Assembly (NCBI RefSeq): GCF_009914755.1
Contig: NC_060928.1
Reading direction: 5' to 3' (one strand)
Origin: the human T2T-CHM13v2.0 reference genome, Homo sapiens
DNA length: 64,000 bases
Under the pieces are notes generated by a model, which made no database searches, was not told where the DNA came from, and worked only from the letters and a program-made list of their open reading frames with translations. A program made the position numbers and the translations under genes. Below, one piece after another: positions 56,469-64,000 of the stretch (the stretch's first letter is position 1; the number at the start of each line of letters is the position of its first letter).

Positions 56469-57589
56469 GGGAGCTTTGGATTGGATGAGGGAAGGCTTCA
56501 GTAAGCTTCATTAAACTTGGGTTATTGTGAGGATTAACTAAAAAAGTAAAAAAAGTCCTTAGCAAAGGGTCAGGTTTTTAGTCCATGTGTAGTAAACCTC
56601 AGCTATTGTAATTTTTATGCTTTGTGGTAAGATTAATCTTCACCCAACACCCTCATATTGCAGATGAGGACCTTGGGACCTAGGAACTTCAGACATTTGC
56701 CCATATCCTACAAAGCAAGTATTGGCCAAGCTAAGCTGGAGGCTAGGTCTTCTAGGTTCTCCTAGGCCCTAAGCCACACTTCTTTCTTATTCTACACTCT
56801 GTTGCTTCCCTCCTTGCATGAAAAGCTGCTGGAACAAGAATCTGACAAATCTGCACAGAGATTCAGACTCCGCTGAGTCTGCTCCATGCCCGTAGACATG
56901 GAGACAGAGCAAGGGACAGAGAGAAGATGGATGTGGTATATGTGGGTCCCGCGACTCCACAGTTGCCCTCAAGGACTTCTTCAGAAGCCAATAGCCATGG
57001 CCAGGAGAACATTTCTGGATTTCCATGGAATGCTCTCTTCCTTGCTAATTGCTGTTAGGAGCTCAACAGCTGTTTTTAATATTTTGATGCTAATCTCCTG
57101 AAGGGCCATGGAGAGAAGGAAAGAGAGAAAGGCAGATTGTCTGCAAAGCCTAGGATCCCATCGGTACCTCAGCTCCAAAGAGTTTAGCACAGGCTGGTTC
57201 CCATGTGCTGCTGTCCTCATTCTTCCCTGGGGTCAAGGATGCAGCCAGCTTTCCTCTCTTGGTGGCCACCACACCCATTTTCTCCCTGGGCGTTCTGTCC
57301 TTCCCTCCACCCCTGCGACCAGCTGTGGAGTTGTACGTGACCCATGCCCCTCCCTCCTTCCTTACATCCTCTCAAAGATGAGCTCACAGGCTCTGCTTGT
57401 TATAAGAGATTCATTGCTAGTCACTATAGAGAAACAGACAACAGACAATGAAAATAACTGAAGTGGGAAAAATTGCAAAACAGTAGAATCTTTTGATGTG
57501 ACCATGCCACTCCCTTACTTAAAACCTCTGGGTCACTCTGTATCCCTACAGAGCAAATACAGAGATCTTCAAAGAGGCACAGAAAGTTC

Positions 57590-57825
57590 TTCGAGATCTT
57601 GCCTGAGTTCAAATCCTTACTCTGTGCTTGACAGCTGTGTGCCCATGAGCAAGTTATTTAATCTCTTTGTGCCTCATTTGCTTCTAATGTAAAAAGGTAT
57701 TGATAATATAGGTTTGCTGTTAGAATTATTTAAATGAGTTAACATATAGAAAACCTTAGATCCACATCTGGCATATATCAAGTGTTCAATAAATGGCATC
57801 TATCCCAATGATGATGATGATGATG
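57590..57825 (+). mobile_element. MIR with (ATG)n tail
   Basis: cctgagttcaaatcc...gcaagttatttaatctctttgtgcctca...aagtgttcaataaatgg. Confidence 0.75.
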
Positions 57826-58139
57826 ACACCTCTGCAAACTTACCCATTACTTCCTGCTTTCACCTGCTTGAAAAGCCCTCACATATGTTTCATGCTATTC
57901 ATCACCTCCATGTTTTCTTGTTCTGTTTTCCTGTACCCAGACAGCCTTCACTTTCCCTCAAGCCTGGTTCACATCCAGGTCTATAGAGATGTGAAGTTTG
58001 CTACTCAAGCCAGCCTTCTTTGGAAAGCATTCAATGCCCATCCCATCATCACCACAGGCTGTCTCTGGGACCCCTCGTCTGTGCTCCTGTAGCATCCTAT
58101 GTGTATCTCTATCATTATCTAAGAATATGTGTGTGTGTT

Positions 58140-58638
58140 TGAATGATCTATTAGCTGTGTCACAACCTACCCCAATACCTACTGGGTTCAGATGACAACC
58201 ATTTTATTTGTTCACAATTCTATGGATCAAGAATTTAGGCAAGGCTTGGCTGGTCAGTTCTTCTGCCCCACAAGGCATTGGCTGAGGTTCATTCACTCAG
58301 CTGCATTCAGCTAGAGTCTAGGTCCATGAAGCGTTCACTCACATGCCCAGTGCCTCAGGTTCTTCTCACACTCTCACTCCATGTGGCTAGCTTGGGCTTC
58401 CTCACAGCATGGTGGCCTCCTTACAAGTCAGGCTCCTTACAGGGTGACAAATGCTCCTTACAAGTAGCATTTTAGGAGTGACAGAAGCAGAAGCCGTAGA
58501 TCTCTTAAGTCCCAACCTCAGAAGTTGCACTTTTCTTCCACCACATTCTATTGGTCAAAGCTAGTGAGAGAGAGGGTCAGTCCAAATTCGAGGGAAGGAG
58601 TAGAGAGAATGTGTGGCCATCTTGAAGCCACCACCACA
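58140..58638 (-). mobile_element. MLT1H-like solo LTR
   Basis: caattctatggatcaagaatttaggcaaggcttggctgg...ccatgtggctagcttgggcttcctcacagcatggtggcctc...ggccatctt..ccaccaca. Confidence 0.75.
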
Positions 58639-60019
58639 GGTTCATCTCTTGTTAAGGTTCTGAGCTCCTTGAAGGCAAGGACAGAATTTATTAGTCTTGG
58701 TATCCCCAGCACCTAACTTGGACTAGTGCCTGGTATGGAGTAGGTGCTTAACAAGTTGTTGAACTGAAGTCCCACACAAACACAGGAAAGCTCTAGAGGA
58801 GGATGAGACATTCTAACAAAACGCCCGAGGAAGCTCCTCTGGGAGCTGCCAAAGCCTCCCCGCCCACAACCTCTGCTTCTTGTCAAATTCATCTTCAGTT
58901 CATTCCTGGCACAAGGTGTGTGAGCAATGCCAAAGTCACTAATTAAGTACCAGTGTCTCTAACTGGCTTTAACATGGATAAAGGACAGAAGCGAAAGAAA
59001 TGAGTGTAGTTGGAATGTTCTACAGGCCTATCCAAAGAACAGATAAAATGTGAAGTGCATTTGTATAAACATTTCCAACTCTAGCACTGTGCAGGTCAAG
59101 AGCATCCCCAGCGAAGAGGACTTTCAGGTCTCCTTATTTGGGAAAACCCTCCCCCAGCCTCATGCAGTAAAAGCCAGTGGCTAGACCGTGAGACTCACTC
59201 CTGAATTCCCTAAAGACAGTCCTGTTGTTTTTGCCTATGGCATGGTAGCAGCCCGAGATTGCTGCAAGAATGCAAACCTCCCAAGACCAGGCGCCAAGGG
59301 CAGAGCCATGTGAGGTGAGGGCGTGAGGGTGAGTCAGCTCAGACCACCAGCAAGTGTCTGCAGAGAGAATGTCCAGGCCTTGCCTAAGCCAGCATTGGCA
59401 TAGGCACTTAATTTTTAATGAGCAAACCATTGGGAGAAAAACAAATACAACTTTAAACTGAGTATGCAGGTTTGCTTCTTTGTTCATCTTAGTGTCCACA
59501 TGTCCTTGGCAATAAGATGGATTGGGTTCATTCCTAACCTAGGATCTCAAACAGCTAGAAGCACCAGGGGCAAACAACTGCAGACAGAGCCCACCTGACA
59601 CCAACAGGCACGGGGAAGCAGCTGTCCTTCCCTTGCTGTCACTGGGGACAACTTGACAGAGTCAAGCCAGACTGAAGAGAATCACTTACACAAGTTAGAA
59701 GTGTTCCAGATGGATGAAAAAGTAACCCATTTAGCAACTTTCTGGAATCCTGAGAGTGAAATGTATTGCCCAAGTCCCCATGTTGTCTTCTTATGGGGCA
59801 ACCAAGGGCGTAGAAGATTCTGCAGGGAGAGGAAAAGTGCAAACCCCTTTCCTTCACACTGCAAGCTGGCAGAATCCTGGCAGCGGTGACACAGGCGAGG
59901 GCATGTGGGGTGCGTCCATATTCCCCAGGCTCCCATGTTCCTTTTTCGGTGTTCTTCATTTCCCTCCAAAACTAGGTTATAAAGTAGAGTCCCATGCCAG
60001 ACACCCACGTTTGCAACCA

Positions 60020-60445
60020 ACAGATACCTAGTTGAGCACATTCCACATACCAGGCCCCGATCCAGGTGCTGGAGACAGCAAAGAACCTAAGAGATGAGGT
60101 GTCTGTTATATTGGAATTTTCCAACAGGCAAATAAAAAGGCAATTTCAGATCACGATAGGTGATGGGAACAGACTAAACTAGGAGAGCAGGAAGCATCAT
60201 AGAGAATGTCTTCTTCAGGTAGAAAACACCTCACTGGGCCTTCGATGATGACACAGAGAGAGCCATAATCTAAGACAGAAGAGGCTCAGGCAGAAGGAGC
60301 AGCAAGTGCACACAATCAGAGATAAGCCTGGTGTCTTTAAGGAGCAGAACAAAGGCCAAATGAATATAAGGAGTGCAGTGTGAGAAAAAGTAGGGCTACA
60401 GTGTGCAGGGCCTCGTATATTACAGTAAGGAATTTGGACTGATTT
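60020..60445 (-). mobile_element. L2 fragment
   Basis: ttgagcacatt..taccaggc...aggtgctggagacagca...gcagcaagtgca...gtaaggaatttggact. Confidence 0.6.
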
Positions 60446-60473
60446 TACTCCACATTTTCCCTAAACATTGCTA

Positions 60474-60476
<3 letters not shown>

Positions 60477-60519
<43 letters not shown>

Positions 60520-60801
60520 AGACGGAGTCTCACTCTGTTGCCCAGGCTGAAGTGCAATGGCATGATCTCGGCTCACGGCAACCTCCACCTCCTGGGTTCA
60601 AGTGATCTCCTGCCTCAACCTCCTAAGTAGCTGGGATTACAGCCACCTGCCACCATGCCTGGCTAATTTTTTGCATTTTTAGTAGAGACGGGGTTTCTCC
60701 ATGTTGGCCATGGCTTGTCTCGAACTCCTGACCTCAGGTGATCCACCCGCCTTGGTCTCCCAAAGTGCTGGGATTACAGGCATGAGACACCACACCTGGC
60801 C
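60477..60801 (-). mobile_element. AluS with 42-nt pure poly(A) tail
   Basis: T run 60477-60518 followed by the Alu dimer reverse complement. Confidence 0.94.
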
Positions 60802-60863
60802 TACTACTCTTAATTCTTTAGCACTATGAGGTTTCATTTGTCAGAGACTATGATGTTCCAAAG

Positions 60864-61052
60864 CAGTGGTCCTCAAAATGTGGTCTTCAGACCAGCAACA
60901 TCAGCACCACTTGGGAATTGGTTAAAAACACAAACTCTCAGGTTCCGACATGGACCTGCTGAATCAAACACTCAGGAGGTGGGAGCCTGGCAATCCGCCT
61001 GTCATAAGCCCTCCACGTGATTCTGATTCATGGTGAAGTTTGAGAACCACTG
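60864..61052. mobile_element. MER5A hAT MITE, full length
   Basis: TIRs CAGTGGTCCTCAAA / TTTGAGAACCACTG; 189 bp; 8-bp TSD TTCCA(A/G)AG. Confidence 0.92.
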
Positions 61053-61558
61053 TTCCAGAGAAAAAGGACTTCCTAGGCTGTGGAAACATCCTTTAACACA
61101 AACACATTGTTAAGGAAGACAAAGATATGCGTATTATATGTTTTAGTGTGGTTTCTCTGTAAAAGAATGGAAATAAACAGTACAGTACATAGATTTTGAT
61201 TGGCCTTTGCTGACTTATGACCCCTCACGTGGCCTGTGATACAATGAGGCTCTTAGTATCGAGGAAAGCCGACAAAGCTAGTTGCCCCTAAACGTAATGG
61301 CCCAAGGTAGCTATTCTTTTGGGGTTTAGAGGCTTCCTTTTTATAGCTGCTCTATAGCTCTCTCTGTTCTTAAGCATTCACTTTACTTAATAATAAATAT
61401 AATAAAAATGAAGGTAGCTATGTATTAAGAAGTTACTAAATATCAGGATGCTGCTTCAAGAGCACTGTAAGTAAATATTATTACCATTTTGAGAAAACAA
61501 AACAGGCTCCAAGAGATGAAGTCGTATGTAAAGGGCAATGATGGTATTCAAACCCAAG

Positions 61559-62048
61559 TGTATTATGTATCTATTGCCAAGTAACAAATGACTCCAAACT
61601 AAGTAGTTAAAACAGCAAACATTTATTACATAGTTGTGTAGCATCAGGGATCCAGGAGGGACTTCGCTTTGTGGTTCTGTCTCAGGGTCTCTCATGAGGT
61701 TGACGTCAAGCTACAGTCATCTGAAGGGTAGAACTGGATCTTCCAAACTCGTTCATGCAGCTATTGGCAGGAGGCTTCAGATCCTTGACAAACAGGCTTC
61801 TTCATAGAGCAGTTCATGACATAGCAACTGGCTTCCTCCAGAGCAAGTGATAGAAGAAAGAGAGATAGCAATCAAATTAGAAGCAACAGTGCCTTTTATA
61901 AGCCCATCTTATATGTAACATGCTATCACTTCTGCTGTACTCTTTTGGTAGTGGAGACCAATCCTACTAGTGTGGGAAGGAACTACACAAATGGAAGAAT
62001 ATCAGGAGGTGGAGCCCTTGGGTGCCATCCTGGAGGAAGACTACCACA
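61559..62048 (-). mobile_element. MLT1F-like solo LTR inserted in a MIR
   Basis: TGTATT...tctcagggtctctcatgaggttg...aatatcaggaggtggagcccttgggtgccatc...CTACCACA; TSD CCA(A/T)G. Confidence 0.8.
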
Positions 62049-62172
62049 CCATGTCTGTCTCACTTTGAAACATATAATCTGTTGAATTATTCCTTTAGTA
62101 CATATCAAAGGATCAGTCATTTCCAGATGCTGTCCTAGGCTCTGGGTATTGTTGGCAAAAGAAACAAACATA

Positions 62173-62584
<412 letters not shown>

Positions 62585-62679
62585 TCAGTGGGAGGAAAAT
62601 GGGGTGAGGGTAGCGGGTAGAGACCACTTATCCAAACTGGTAAAACTTAGAAGGCAACTTTCCAGAGGCAACCCTAAAT

Positions 62680-64000
<1,321 letters not shown>

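Noticed and set aside
58417-58462. Three copies of CTCCTTACA
   Set aside because: Short, inside an MLT1 LTR and partly matching the expected LTR sequence

Overview
Catarrhine primate (human-like) nuclear DNA, AT-rich and mostly built from decayed interspersed repeats. It contains 21 Alu copies (J, S and Y lineages, most with readable target-site duplications), about 20 solo LTRs (ERVL MLT2; MaLR THE1/MST/MLT1), L1 3'/ORF2 fragments (L1MA, L1PB, L1MB, L1MC/ME), a near-full-length Tigger1, two hAT-Charlie transposase relics, MER5/MER58/MER96 MITEs, and many MIR/L2 remnants. I found no credible protein-coding exon, RNA gene or CpG island; the listed ORFs are repeat-derived or chance. Solo LTR orientation is roughly balanced, which fits intergenic DNA. 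I cannot support a new multi-gene biological system here. The strongest signal the repeat annotation does not explain is a recurring set of short locally templated copies. Three 41-86 bp direct-orientation duplicates are pasted 0.7-3.2 kb from their donors into old repeats, and there are several micro-scale template-switch scars (inverted triplication, hairpin insertion, serial duplication) and a 34-nt TSD-flanked insert. Subfamily names come from remembered consensus features, not a database search, and boundaries of old elements are approximate.
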